Origin: Planctopirus limnophila DSM 3776 | GTDB lineage: Bacteria > Planctomycetota > Planctomycetia > Planctomycetales > Planctomycetaceae | Assembly (NCBI RefSeq): GCF_000092105.1 | Contig: NC_014148.1 | Span: 4,410,001-4,442,000 of the forward strand | DNA length: 32,000 nucleotides | Reading direction: 5' to 3' | Shown here: piece by piece, positions 1 to 9,403 of the stretch | How positions within the stretch are numbered: the stretch's first letter is position 1 | Layout: each line of letters begins with the position of its first letter | Position numbers and translations under genes: made by a program | The notes under the pieces: generated by a model | Database searches by the model: none | Told to the model about the DNA's origin: nothing | The model's input: only the letters and a program-made list of their open reading frames with translations

Positions 1-401
1 GCTCTCTCGGCATTCCAGGTCAGGACTTCGCCCTGGCTCCCTGTGAGTTCGCCCTGCAGGAGATTTCCTTGCAGCGAACCTTTGATCTGAATGTTCTGCG
101 AACCCCCTTCCCACTGAGGAGGAACGACGAACTGGAAACTGTTGCCATCGACGACAACTTCCGAAATCGGACGAGCCGAGCCAAACTGCCCGACATATCG
201 ACCCACAATGGTTTTACGTCCAGATTTCTCGAACTCCAGCCACGAAGGGAACGTGGCACCATCGGCAGATTTCACAGTCACATCCCAGCGACCAATGAGC
301 CCGGGTTTGACAGCCTGCTGAGCGACAAGAGGTTCGCTGCCGTGCATCACTGCAAGGGCGCAGATGGTCAGAATCCAGGTGGTCGTCTGTCGAAGTGTCA
401 T
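1..401 (-). CDS. exported hypothetical protein, N-terminal part only (the gene runs off the left edge)
   Basis: It is absent from the ORF track because there is no stop in the window. A reverse-strand ATG at 401-399 opens the frame MTLRQTTTWILTICALAVMHGSEPLVAQQAVKPGLIGRWDVTVKSADGATFPSWLEFEKSGRKTIVGRYVGQFGSARPI..., which stays open to base 1. The N-terminus looks like a signal peptide. From memory it resembles the N-terminal modules of DUF1080-type exported proteins; this is unverified. Confidence 0.5.
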   Translation of the reverse strand, partial: MTLRQTTTWILTICALAVMHGSEPLVAQQAVKPGLIGRWDVTVKSADGATFPSWLEFEKSGRKTIVGRYVGQFGSARPISEVVVDGNSFQFVVPPQWEGGSQNIQIKGSLQGNLLQGELTGSQGEVLTWNAER

Positions 402-615
402 CTGGGCGAAACCTCAATGGCAGTGATCGGAAGAGAGATGGTCGGAGAATCCTCCACGACCGAATTCTCAGCGACATTGGCGAGAGTTCGCGGCACTTGT
501 CAAGGATGTTTGCAAATGAGGTGCATTCTTCCATGCCATCGATGGAAGGATCGAAGCAGGAAAGCTGACGGAATGACTGATGTTTTTGAGCAGCTGACAA
601 TCAATCTGCCCAGGT

Positions 616-1443
616 TCAGCGGTAGATCCACTCGGGTTCGCCATCGAGGCGGATTTCGAATTCTTTCTGATCAAATTCGTCGCCGGGACGCCAGTACTTC
701 TGCATCAGAGTTTTGTGCTGCACCAGTGGCTGTCCGTCGGGCCCCTCAATGGTACGAATCCCATTGGAAAATCCGGTGAGATAAACCGTATAGCGTTTGG
801 CCTTCGGATTCACGTTGCGAAAAATCGCCACACCAGAGATCGCCTGCTCATCGGGTGATTTGGGCTCTGCGGCGGGAGGAATCGGAGCGACCGCTTCCAC
901 AGAATTCTGGAAGGTGAACTTTTCGCGTTTGTTGATGGCAGCCAGTGCTTCGGGGCTAATGGTATCCTGGATCACTTCGGGAGTTTCCGATTGTGTCACC
1001 AATGTGAATTCGGGAACGAACATGGGTGGCAGAACGGGCGGATCAAACTCGTTGACAGGCTGGTTGTCGACTTCCCGTTGAGCGATCGGACGATTGAAGG
1101 CGCGATACGTCATGTACCAGATGTATTCGGGCTTCTTTTCACCCGTTTTTGGATCTGTCACTTCGACCACGATCTGCCGCATGGGTTTGAAAGCGATATC
1201 CATGACCCACAGATCACTCTGGGCCACACGTTCTTCGGCTGTCGAAACACCTTTGACGAGTTGCTCGCCACCCAGCAGCACCTGGGCTGATACCTCTTGC
1301 GTGAAAAGCAGGCCTGTGCTGAGTGCAGTCACAGCCAGCAGGCTTCTCACAGCTTTTCCAGCCCATGGGGCAGAGCCAACAATTGTGTTCACGAGAGAGT
1401 TCGCCCGGCAGATTGCTGTCTGGTCGTTATTCAAGCGTGTCAT
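616..1443 (-). CDS. hypothetical exported protein
   Basis: 275 aa ORF with an ATG start. A hydrophobic segment (AVRSLLAVTALSTGLLFTQEVSA) fits a signal peptide. It is on the same strand as, and 215 nt upstream of, the partial gene at 1-401. I recognise no family. Confidence 0.7.
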   Translation of the reverse strand: MTRLNNDQTAICRANSLVNTIVGSAPWAGKAVRSLLAVTALSTGLLFTQEVSAQVLLGGEQLVKGVSTAEERVAQSDLWVMDIAFKPMRQIVVEVTDPKTGEKKPEYIWYMTYRAFNRPIAQREVDNQPVNEFDPPVLPPMFVPEFTLVTQSETPEVIQDTISPEALAAINKREKFTFQNSVEAVAPIPPAAEPKSPDEQAISGVAIFRNVNPKAKRYTVYLTGFSNGIRTIEGPDGQPLVQHKTLMQKYWRPGDEFDQKEFEIRLDGEPEWIYR

Positions 1444-1782
1444 GCAAAGCTCCGATCAGCAGATCCTGTGCGGGTCTGGCTGTCTCACAATCAGTCATAG
1501 CGAGGAAATGTCTGCGAAACCCGATTGACCTGACTTCTGACCTGAGCAGAGTAGTCAACCAATCTCACTCAGTTTCAAGGTGGACGATCTTCCTAGATAT
1601 AGAAACGTCAGCCAGAGGGGGTCAAGCCGCGATCGTCGCAACTCCTCTCGAATTGCAGAGTTCCTGCGGGTGTGGAACCGGTCGTAGCTGGATTTCCTGA
1701 AAATCGGTGCTGTCTCTACGGATTTTTGAACGGATCGGCTGGTCGATCCCCACTTCTATAGTGTGGAGCCTGGCTGGAGAGC

Positions 1783-4401
1783 ATGCCAGTTCAAATTCTG
1801 TCGATGACAACGATTTTGCGGGGCGCAATGATGCGACTGACTTTACGGACACTTCTGGCTTATCTGGATGATGTGTTGCCACCCGCTGCAGCGAAAGCCC
1901 TGGGAGAGCGGATTCGCGAAAGTGATGACGTCCAGCAACTTGTCAGCCGCATTCGAGAAGTGATCCGCAAGCGGCGTCTGAACGCCCCCGCGATCTTTCC
2001 TGATGGTTCGGGTCAGAATCATGTCGATGCAAATTTTGTGGCCGAATATCTGAACGATCTTCTGACTCCTGAACAGGTTGTGGCCATTGAGAGCCTGTGC
2101 CTGGAATCGGATGTCCATCTAGCAGAAGTGGCAGCCTGCCACCAGATTCTCACACTTGCTGCGGCCGAACCGGTGACATTCACCACGGCGGCCCGCGAAC
2201 GTTTGTACGCCCTCATGGATGGGACACCCATCGAAGTCGAGAATGCTGCCACAACCAGTGCCTCCACTGCTGGTCGTCCGGCGGCAATTGAGGCCGCAGA
2301 TGAAGCCAAGGCGGATTCTCCAGCAAATGGTGCGGGCGATAGCTTCAAAATTGGTGATTCCCGCAGAACGACAGGGATTGATCTGGAAAAGCTGGGGACC
2401 AACGCAGGTCGTTCCGCGGGTGTCGCTGCCACTTCGCGGCAAGTGTCGCCTGCTACAACAGGGAGCGAAGGCAAACAGCCACAGCGGGACAAGTTGAGTG
2501 CTCAAGCTGAACTGGATTTCTCCCGTCCAGTCGAGGAATCCCGATGGTCACGCCGGGTCCTTCCAATGGTGGCTGTTGCCGCCGTCGGTGTGGCCTGGCT
2601 GGCGATCCTGTTGCGTGATCCGGGACTTAAAGAAGGTGTCACCGGACGCAAGCCCGCAGGAACTCAGGCCACAACAGCAAGCTCTGCCACAACAGCAAGC
2701 TCTGGAGGCGAACTGGCTGCCAATGCGGCTTCTCCAGCGAATGCTCCAGAGATCAATCGCCCTGAAGTAGCGGCAGCCAGTGGGAATGGGCCAGCAGGAG
2801 CGGTTACTCCTCAAGTCGAGGGTGGCACAGCACCGGCTGTCGCTGGCAATTCATCGGTCAATCCTCCAGCCAATCCTGCGACGGCAACCCCAGATCCAGC
2901 CAATGTCGTGGCGATGTCTCCCGGGACTTCCAACCCGGAGGCCGGAAAACCATCGACCGTCAACTCACCAGCCAATGCCACTCCGGTAGCCGCCAATACA
3001 GGCAATGCAGCGACAGCATCTGCCAATCTCCCGGCAGCTATGCAGAGTGCGGCTTTACCCGCCGCAGTTCTCCCTGCCACGACAGCCCCTGACTCTGTGA
3101 ATTCAATAAAGTCTACGAGTACAGCCAGGCCGGAAATTCCCGGCGAATCGTTCCTTCCCGGAACCACGATCACCTATGCCTCGACCGAGAGCGTGGCTAT
3201 TACCCGTGATGAAGAGACCGCCAGCTGGAAGCGGGTCGTTCCTCAACAACAGATGACTGTGGGGACTGTGCTCGTGGTGCCAGAACCCTTTGAGGCCCGC
3301 TTTGAAGTGGCAGTCAATCCACGTGCAGGGGCGGCTGTTTCCCCGGAAGCTCGCCCAGCTGCAGACTTGCAGTTGGATGTCCTCCCGGGCTCTGTCATTC
3401 GGTGGGGCGGAGCCGTCGGCAATGCTCCCGCTTCGCTGTTGGTTGAACGAGGACGTGTGAGCCTCAAAGGGATCTCGAGGCAGGAAGCTGCGTTGGGTAA
3501 AATCGAGTGGGCCTTTCAGGTCGGTTCGACCGTCGTACGAATTGTCCCCACATCAGCCGATCTTATTGCGGGTGTTGAAGTTCAATGGCGCGAGCCGACG
3601 CGATTTGAGCAGGATTTGGGGCCGAATCGGCTCACCGGTGGGTTGTACATCGCCCGGGGAAGCGCCAACGTGATCGTCGGGCAAGGTGAAGCTCGAGAAG
3701 TCTCCCAGGGGATGTTCACCACGCTGACGAATATCAGCCAGCAGCCGGAATATCTCTCAGCCACACCACCAATTTCACCGGCATTGCCCGAATGGCTGAC
3801 GGTCGATTCGCGACCTCTTTCTCCCGCGATTAAGCGATTCGCATCACTGTTCGAAAAGGAGTTCGCAGTAGGTGCAGCGATCGATCTGAATATGCTGGCA
3901 CTGGTCGTCGATCCCCGCCCTAAAATGGCTGAACTTGGTGTGCAGACGTTAGGGCTCATGGGACGGATGGATGGCTTGGTGGAAGCTCTGGCAAAATCCG
4001 AACATGAAGAAGCCCGCATGAGTGCCTTCATCATGCTGCGGGAATGGCTGGGGCATTTGCCAGCGGCAGGAAGCGTGATTCGCGAAGAACTCTCCAGCGA
4101 ATATGCGGAAGCCGAGGCCAATTCTGTCTACCGGCTCTTGTGGGGTTATTCTCCTGCCGATGCCCGCAATCGCCTCACATCTCAGGAATTAGTGGATTAC
4201 CTGGGGAATGGCCGCGTCGAGATCCGCGAGATGGCGTTTTATTACATCCAGAAGCTCACGGGAAAACGCCTCGATTACCGTCCACTCGACAATCCCAGCC
4301 GGCGGGAAGCGGCTCTCCAGAAGTGGTATAGCGTGCTGCAGAAGGATGGAGCACTGCTGCCGAACATCCCTGTGGATGCGAAGACTCCCGAGGGAACCTG
4401 A
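1783..4401 (+). CDS. large membrane protein with two anti-sigma-like N-terminal modules, one TM helix, a P/A/T/N-rich linker and a helical-repeat C-terminus
   Basis: 872 aa ORF; alternative ATG starts lie at 1828 and 1831. The N-terminus has LTLRTLLAYLDDVLPP... and a second copy VAEYLNDLLTPEQ...CLESDVHLAEVAACHQIL, which resemble zf-HC2 anti-sigma N-domains. A TM helix (VLPMVAVAAVGVAWLAILL) follows, then about 200 aa of low-complexity Pro/Ala/Thr/Asn sequence. The C-terminus looks HEAT-like (EEARMSAFIMLREWL, VEIREMAFYYIQKLTG). Confidence 0.8.
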   Translation: MPVQILSMTTILRGAMMRLTLRTLLAYLDDVLPPAAAKALGERIRESDDVQQLVSRIREVIRKRRLNAPAIFPDGSGQNHVDANFVAEYLNDLLTPEQVVAIESLCLESDVHLAEVAACHQILTLAAAEPVTFTTAARERLYALMDGTPIEVENAATTSASTAGRPAAIEAADEAKADSPANGAGDSFKIGDSRRTTGIDLEKLGTNAGRSAGVAATSRQVSPATTGSEGKQPQRDKLSAQAELDFSRPVEESRWSRRVLPMVAVAAVGVAWLAILLRDPGLKEGVTGRKPAGTQATTASSATTASSGGELAANAASPANAPEINRPEVAAASGNGPAGAVTPQVEGGTAPAVAGNSSVNPPANPATATPDPANVVAMSPGTSNPEAGKPSTVNSPANATPVAANTGNAATASANLPAAMQSAALPAAVLPATTAPDSVNSIKSTSTARPEIPGESFLPGTTITYASTESVAITRDEETASWKRVVPQQQMTVGTVLVVPEPFEARFEVAVNPRAGAAVSPEARPAADLQLDVLPGSVIRWGGAVGNAPASLLVERGRVSLKGISRQEAALGKIEWAFQVGSTVVRIVPTSADLIAGVEVQWREPTRFEQDLGPNRLTGGLYIARGSANVIVGQGEAREVSQGMFTTLTNISQQPEYLSATPPISPALPEWLTVDSRPLSPAIKRFASLFEKEFAVGAAIDLNMLALVVDPRPKMAELGVQTLGLMGRMDGLVEALAKSEHEEARMSAFIMLREWLGHLPAAGSVIREELSSEYAEAEANSVYRLLWGYSPADARNRLTSQELVDYLGNGRVEIREMAFYYIQKLTGKRLDYRPLDNPSRREAALQKWYSVLQKDGALLPNIPVDAKTPEGT

Positions 4402-4613
4402 CGGCAATCCGGCAGAAATCGCCGGTCGAGGGCTTGATTCTGCAGGCCGGGCAGAATCTCTCTCCCTCTGAGCGAAACTCTCATTGTCGATTCACAGGTC
4501 TCTGGGCCATACTACAGGCTACGACGCCCCATTTTGACGAATTCCTATTTGGCCAGGCTCAGCGCAAAAGCTTTGGGCAGGCCGACTGATCTTTTCAGGG
4601 AAAGGATTCCCTT

Positions 4614-6479
4614 ATGTCTGTTTCTGATTCAACGTCTTCCCAGGAAGGTGCCTTCCCAGCGGGCTCGCAGCGAGTGGGAACACGCGCTGTGGATGGTCAA
4701 TTGACCCCGCGTTTTGACGGCCCGCACTTTTCGATGCGCGGCTCACGCCACGCCAGTGCATCTTCAGCGGATACTCTGGCCACGCGTCAACACCACGAAT
4801 CTCATCATCCCGAGACCACCCCATATCCGGAGTCTCCCCAGAGACCAGATTCACAGCTTTTGTGGCAAGCCGGGCAGCTTGTCGAAACGTTACAGCAGCA
4901 GATTGCTGATATCGCCCGCCGTGAAGAACTGGTGGCCTCGCAGATCCAGCAATTCGAAGAAGATCAGCGTCACTTCCGGTTACTCATGGCCAGTCAGCAG
5001 GCGAGCCTGCATGAACGCGAACTCGAACTGCGCGAGCGGGAACGAGAAGTGGCAATTCGCTGGGGAAGTTTTGAAGCACAGATCGGCCAGCTCGAGAAGC
5101 GACGCCGGGAACTGGAAGCTGCTGCCGGAGAGGTCGAACGTCAGCGCTCGCAATTGCGTCAGCAGATGCAGGCCGAGTTGGAAACAAGGCGTAAAGAACT
5201 GGCGCAAGGGGAAGAAAAACTCGCGCGTGGTCAGCAGCAACTTAACCAGTTGATCGAGATTCACGAGCTGCAACTGGCTGAACGTGCCGAGAAGCTGGAA
5301 AAAGACTTCCGCAAGGAGCGGGAAGATCTCTGGAAAAAGCTCGCCGATGAATGGGAAGAACAGCGGATCAAATTCGAACGGCAGCAGGCCGAATGGTGTA
5401 CCGAACGGGATGCCGAACGCGAGCGACTCGACCGTCAGAAAGAAATTTACGATCGAGCATTAGGCGAGATCGATAACGAACTGAGTGCTGCCCGACAGGC
5501 TCAGTTGCAGGAATTTGCCGCGTTGCGGGAAGAGCAAACGGCTCGACTGCGCGAAGAGCAGGTCGCCTGGGAGCAAAAGCTCGCGCTGGATGAACAGAAC
5601 TATCATCGCGAGCGGGCACTGCTCGACAATCGATTGAAGTTTCAGCAGGATCATCTCGAAAAGGTCAAACAGGAACTGGAAGCTGCACAGAACCAGTTCC
5701 GCGAGACGCGACAGCGAGAACGTCAGCGGCTGGAAGACGACACAATGCAGCTCGAACGGCGTTCGAGGCAACTGGCGGCTTATCGGGAAGCGCTCGACGA
5801 AAAAGCTGGTTCACTGGCTCGTGAACGCGAACTGCTGGCACAGCAGCGGGGTTCGATCGAAAACAGCGTCCATAAAGACCGCCAGAGCTTTTTGATGGAG
5901 AAGCAGGCCTGGGAACAAGAGCGTTCACTCCAGCAGGCCGAAGTTCGCCGTCAGCAGGAGTTGCTCACGGTTCATGCAGAAAGTCTCGAAACACGCCGGG
6001 TGCGTTTGGAGGCGTTAAGGGCTGAGCTGGAAGTGACTCATCGCTCGACACTCGAATTACGCCTGGCTCTGGAAGAGACCTGGATGCAGCTTTCGGAAAG
6101 CCTCGGCGAACAGCGCACGAAAGAACGCGTTGAACGTTCAAGATTATCGATTGCTCAGCATTACGAGATGCTGCAGAACTCACTCGAAGAACAGCGTATG
6201 GAAATGCGGGCTGCCTTCGAGCGGTTTGAACAGCAAAGGCTCGAATTCCAGCAGGAGCGGCAACAGCTCATGCGCTGGATTACTGAACGCGATGAATCGA
6301 TTCGTCTGAGAGAAAGTGAACTCGCGACCAAAGCGATTGCACAGGCCGAGGCCGACGCCATTCGCGAAAATGAGCGGCAGCGCTGGCTGCAGGAAAAACT
6401 TTCGAGTGAACTCAAGATCCGCCAGCTCGTCGAGCAGCTCAACCAGCTACCCACTCAACGACCGATGTTCGATCTGTAA
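4614..6479 (+). CDS. long coiled-coil protein (E/R/Q/L-rich), function unknown
   Basis: 621 aa ORF with an ATG preceded by aaagga. The first ~80 aa look disordered and are followed by ~540 aa of near-continuous heptad-like E/R/Q/L sequence. It lies 212 nt downstream of, and on the same strand as, 1783-4401. Confidence 0.8.
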   Translation: MSVSDSTSSQEGAFPAGSQRVGTRAVDGQLTPRFDGPHFSMRGSRHASASSADTLATRQHHESHHPETTPYPESPQRPDSQLLWQAGQLVETLQQQIADIARREELVASQIQQFEEDQRHFRLLMASQQASLHERELELREREREVAIRWGSFEAQIGQLEKRRRELEAAAGEVERQRSQLRQQMQAELETRRKELAQGEEKLARGQQQLNQLIEIHELQLAERAEKLEKDFRKEREDLWKKLADEWEEQRIKFERQQAEWCTERDAERERLDRQKEIYDRALGEIDNELSAARQAQLQEFAALREEQTARLREEQVAWEQKLALDEQNYHRERALLDNRLKFQQDHLEKVKQELEAAQNQFRETRQRERQRLEDDTMQLERRSRQLAAYREALDEKAGSLARERELLAQQRGSIENSVHKDRQSFLMEKQAWEQERSLQQAEVRRQQELLTVHAESLETRRVRLEALRAELEVTHRSTLELRLALEETWMQLSESLGEQRTKERVERSRLSIAQHYEMLQNSLEEQRMEMRAAFERFEQQRLEFQQERQQLMRWITERDESIRLRESELATKAIAQAEADAIRENERQRWLQEKLSSELKIRQLVEQLNQLPTQRPMFDL

Positions 6480-6504
6480 CTCACTGATTGCTCTAGCCCT
6501 GACC

Positions 6505-6530
6505 CCTTCTCCCGTTCTAACGGGAGAAGG
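6505..6530 (+). terminator. stem-loop downstream of the coiled-coil gene (possible terminator, poor U-tract)
   Basis: Perfect 10 bp stem CCTTCTCCCG / CGGGAGAAGG with the 6 nt loop TTCTAA, 26 nt after the stop at 6479. Only TT follows it, so it is not a textbook intrinsic terminator. Confidence 0.4.
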
Positions 6531-6596
6531 TTGGCTATGTCCGGCGAGTCGTCTCGATGTTTCACAATTGAAACAAATTACAATTGCCAGCTCAAT

Positions 6597-6612
6597 TGGC
6601 ATGTCGCTTGCA
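6597..6612 (+). promoter_or_regulatory. sigma-54 (-24/-12)-type promoter-like motif
   Basis: TGGCATGTCGCTTGCA compared with the consensus TGGCACG-N4-TTGCW. The GG and GC dinucleotides have exactly the canonical spacing, and there is one mismatch (T for C). The motif lies in a 700 bp non-coding stretch and no obvious gene follows it directly. Confidence 0.3.
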
Positions 6613-7176
6613 TCATTGGCACTTGGCAATGTGTTTCCAAGAAAACTGCGAGATAATGCCATGCAGACTCATCACAAACTGCTCAAAAGTTTTGCACCCA
6701 CTGGTCAGAAATCAGAAATTCCAGTCGTCGCCAATCTGCCGCGTGCTGGTCGCCGTTTCGCCCGTTAAGCGAAAATGAATCACAAATTCGCTTTTCTCAA
6801 ATCCCTGGGAAGTACCCTGACATGAACTGATCATCAGGGTTTTCTGAGGAATTGAGTGAGCCACTTTGCTGCCTCTGGGAGGTTCGAGTGAAGTGGTGGG
6901 CTGCGAAATCGTTACAATCCGTGTGCAGCCGCATCGATTTATTCAGCGGCCAGTCTGTGATTCGCTTTTGAGTTGTGAGAAGATTGTTGACGGACGATCT
7001 TTGATCGGTGATGTGCTTGTATTGAGAGAAAGCCAGGACAGCTTTTTTTCTTTTGGCAAACTTTGATCGGCATGGGTGAAAGTGCCGATCAATCGAATTC
7101 GCTCCAGGGATGATCCGAGGCAAAAGGACGGTTGCCAGACCTTACCTTCAGTCCGCAATGATGTCGGACCCGGATC

Positions 7177-8238
7177 ATGCTCGCCGCACTATTGGCGCGC
7201 AGCCAATCTGCACTCGCCTCTCAGGAGCCGTTTCTCGTGCTCCCGGAGAATCATTTTGCCTATACGGCAGCGATGCGAATTGTCGAACCGATGGGTTCGA
7301 TGGCGGTGCAAGGGCCACGCATCACGCTGGTGTACGGCCCCAAGGGTGGTGGCAAAACTCATCTGGTGCGTCATGTGGCCCGCGAAACTTTGAAGCGGTT
7401 GGCCCGTGGCAAACTCCTCCTGGCTAATGCCCATGAGTTCTGCCAGTGGCTGCTGGAAGCTCACGATCAGAAAGCTGTCGTCGAAGCCCACGAGAAACTC
7501 CGCAGTCTCGAAGTTCTGATTCTCGATGGCTTTGATGAATTGCAGGATCGCGCCGACCTGCAGCAGCAATTGCTCTGTGTCATTGATCTCATGGCCGATG
7601 CCGGCGGACATATCCTCATCGTCAGTGAAAAAGCACCGGGTGAGCTGCGCGGGCTTTCCACTCGATTGGTCAACCGTTGTCACGGAGGATTGTGTGCGTT
7701 ACTCAAGTGGCCTGGCACTGACAGCCGCAAGCAACTGGCTCTCCATTTCGCTCACCAGAAGCATCTCCCGATGAGTGAAGCCGCCGCTCTGGAACTAGCG
7801 GAGAATCTGGCAGGCTCACCAGCACAGTTGATTATCGCCATCCAGCAGATTGAACTGATGGCGCGACGGGAACATTCGACAGCCGATCTCTCTTTGATCA
7901 AGCGGTATCTGCAGGGTGAACTTCTTGTTCCCACAATTACCATCGATCAGGTGGCTTTACAGGTTGCGGAAGAGTTCGGCGTCACCATCGAAGCTCTGAA
8001 AAGTAAGTCCCGCCATCAATCGGTGGTCCTCCCGAGGCATTGTGCCATGCTGCTGGCCAGGCAGATGACCGCTGCCACACTCGAGGAAATTGGGCGTTTC
8101 TTTGGTGATCGAAACCATACGACCGTCTCGCATGGATGCGCGAAACTCGAAGAACTCTTACCCGGGGCACCGACATTAAGGCAGGTGCTCCAGAAAATCC
8201 GTGGGCGATTCCCGGCCAGCCATAGTCGCACGGGTTAG
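7177..8238 (+). CDS. DnaA-family protein with AAA+ domain III and DNA-binding domain IV only; domains I-II are absent
   Basis: 353 aa. FLVLPENHFAYTAA corresponds to the DnaA FxNFvxGxsNxxAxaAA motif. Walker A is GPKGGGKTH and the Walker B-like segment is VLILDGFDEL. Box VII-like sequence is RLVNRCHGGL. The C-terminus SRHQSVVLPRHCAMLLARQMTAATLEEIGRFFGDRNHTTVSHGCAKL matches the DnaA domain IV signature (..RqiAMYL..lT..Sl.eIG..FggRDHTTV.ha..ki). Confidence 0.85.
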   Translation: MLAALLARSQSALASQEPFLVLPENHFAYTAAMRIVEPMGSMAVQGPRITLVYGPKGGGKTHLVRHVARETLKRLARGKLLLANAHEFCQWLLEAHDQKAVVEAHEKLRSLEVLILDGFDELQDRADLQQQLLCVIDLMADAGGHILIVSEKAPGELRGLSTRLVNRCHGGLCALLKWPGTDSRKQLALHFAHQKHLPMSEAAALELAENLAGSPAQLIIAIQQIELMARREHSTADLSLIKRYLQGELLVPTITIDQVALQVAEEFGVTIEALKSKSRHQSVVLPRHCAMLLARQMTAATLEEIGRFFGDRNHTTVSHGCAKLEELLPGAPTLRQVLQKIRGRFPASHSRTG

Positions 8239-8393
8239 CTTCACCAAAAATCGAGAAGTTGAACGGTCCGAACTTCTGTTCGACGAACATGTGCCAATGA
8301 CTGAATATCCTGAGGGCATCGTGTTACACTTTGCCTTTTACGCAGCCTGATCGATAAAGTTGACATCTTGCCAAGAGACAGGAATTCTGCAGC

Positions 8394-9401
8394 ATGACTT
8401 CCGCCAAGAGAGCCCTGATCACTGGAATCACCGGACAGGATGGTTCTTATCTGGCCGATCTATTGCTGGAAAAAGGTTACGAAGTTCACGGCTTGATGCG
8501 CCGGACAAGTTCCATCAGCACACAAAGGATCGAGCATCTTCTCTGTGGGAATCAACCCCGAGTCGTGCTGCACACTGGTGACCTGGGCGACACCACCTCG
8601 ATCCAGCGTGTGCTCAAAGAAGCTCAGCCCCATGAGATTTATCACCTCGGGGCACAAAGCCATGTCCATCATTCCTTCACGCAACCGCTCTATACCGCAG
8701 ACGTCGTCGCGTTGGGGACATTGCGGCTTCTGGAATCGGCCATTCAGCTCGCAAAAACACAGGAAGTGCGGTTTTACAATGCCGCTTCCAGCGAAATGTT
8801 TGGCCATGCGACCATCGTTCCGCAGAACGAAGAAACGCCATTTCATCCCCGCAGCCCGTATGCCTGCTCCAAAGTGTTTGGCTACCATCAGACGATCAAT
8901 CACCGCGAAGCGTATGGGCTCTATGCGGCGAACGGGATTCTGTTTAATCACGAATCACCCCGGCGTGGTGAGCAGTTTGTGACGCGCAAAATCACTCTGG
9001 GTGCCGCCCGCATTAAAGTGGGCCTGCAGAAGAAGCTGGCGTTGGGAAATCTGGATGCTCAGCGTGATTGGGGCTTTGCGAAAGATTATGTCGAAGCGAT
9101 GTGGCTGATGCTGCAGCAACCTGTGCCGGGCGATTACGTGGTGGCGACCAATGAAACACACACGGTGCGGGAATTCCTCGAAGAGACCTTTCGACTGCTG
9201 GATCTCGACCCGGCAGAGTATGTCGAGATTGACCCGGCTTTCTTTCGACCTAGTGAAGTTCCAGTCCTCAAAGGCGACTATTCCAAAGCCGAGAAAGAGC
9301 TGGGTTGGAAGCCTGCCACGAACTTTAAAGAGCTGGTACGACTGATGGTTGAAGCCGATCTGGCTTTGGCCCAGAAAGAAGCGGCCCAATCTGCGATTTA
9401 A
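8394..9401 (+). CDS. gmd: GDP-mannose 4,6-dehydratase
   Basis: 335 aa. [33 protein letters not shown] is the typical GMD N-terminal Rossmann motif. [17 protein letters not shown] and the SDR-type YACSK are also present. Confidence 0.95.
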   Translation: MTSAKRALITGITGQDGSYLADLLLEKGYEVHGLMRRTSSISTQRIEHLLCGNQPRVVLHTGDLGDTTSIQRVLKEAQPHEIYHLGAQSHVHHSFTQPLYTADVVALGTLRLLESAIQLAKTQEVRFYNAASSEMFGHATIVPQNEETPFHPRSPYACSKVFGYHQTINHREAYGLYAANGILFNHESPRRGEQFVTRKITLGAARIKVGLQKKLALGNLDAQRDWGFAKDYVEAMWLMLQQPVPGDYVVATNETHTVREFLEETFRLLDLDPAEYVEIDPAFFRPSEVPVLKGDYSKAEKELGWKPATNFKELVRLMVEADLALAQKEAAQSAI

Positions 9402-9403
9402 GG

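Noticed and set aside
69-779. 236 aa + strand ORF, plus the 214-600 and 20-262 minus-strand ORFs
   Set aside because: They overlap the better-supported minus-strand partial gene (1-401, signal peptide, open to the window edge) and the 3' end of the 616-1443 gene. Their translations are Arg/Ser/Cys-rich noise.
6797-7123. 108 aa minus-strand ORF (TTG start), and the 6316-6768 and 6584-6778 + ORFs in the large gap
   Set aside because: They have no SD, atypical composition and no motifs. 6316-6768 is merely an alternative frame running out of the coiled-coil gene. Only the short 35-codon tail (ATG 6661) is kept, as a speculative note in the findings.
6480-8238. A chromosomal origin (oriC) next to the dnaA-like gene
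   Set aside because: I found no TTATCCACA-type DnaA boxes or obvious AT-rich unwinding element in the gap. The DnaA homologue is truncated, and dnaN, recF and gyrB are not adjacent. I cannot compute GC skew across a single window.
8254-8277. A hairpin after the dnaA-like gene as a terminator
   Set aside because: It has only a 7 bp stem (AGAAGTT/AACTTCT) with a 10 nt loop and no U-tract, which is too weak to call.
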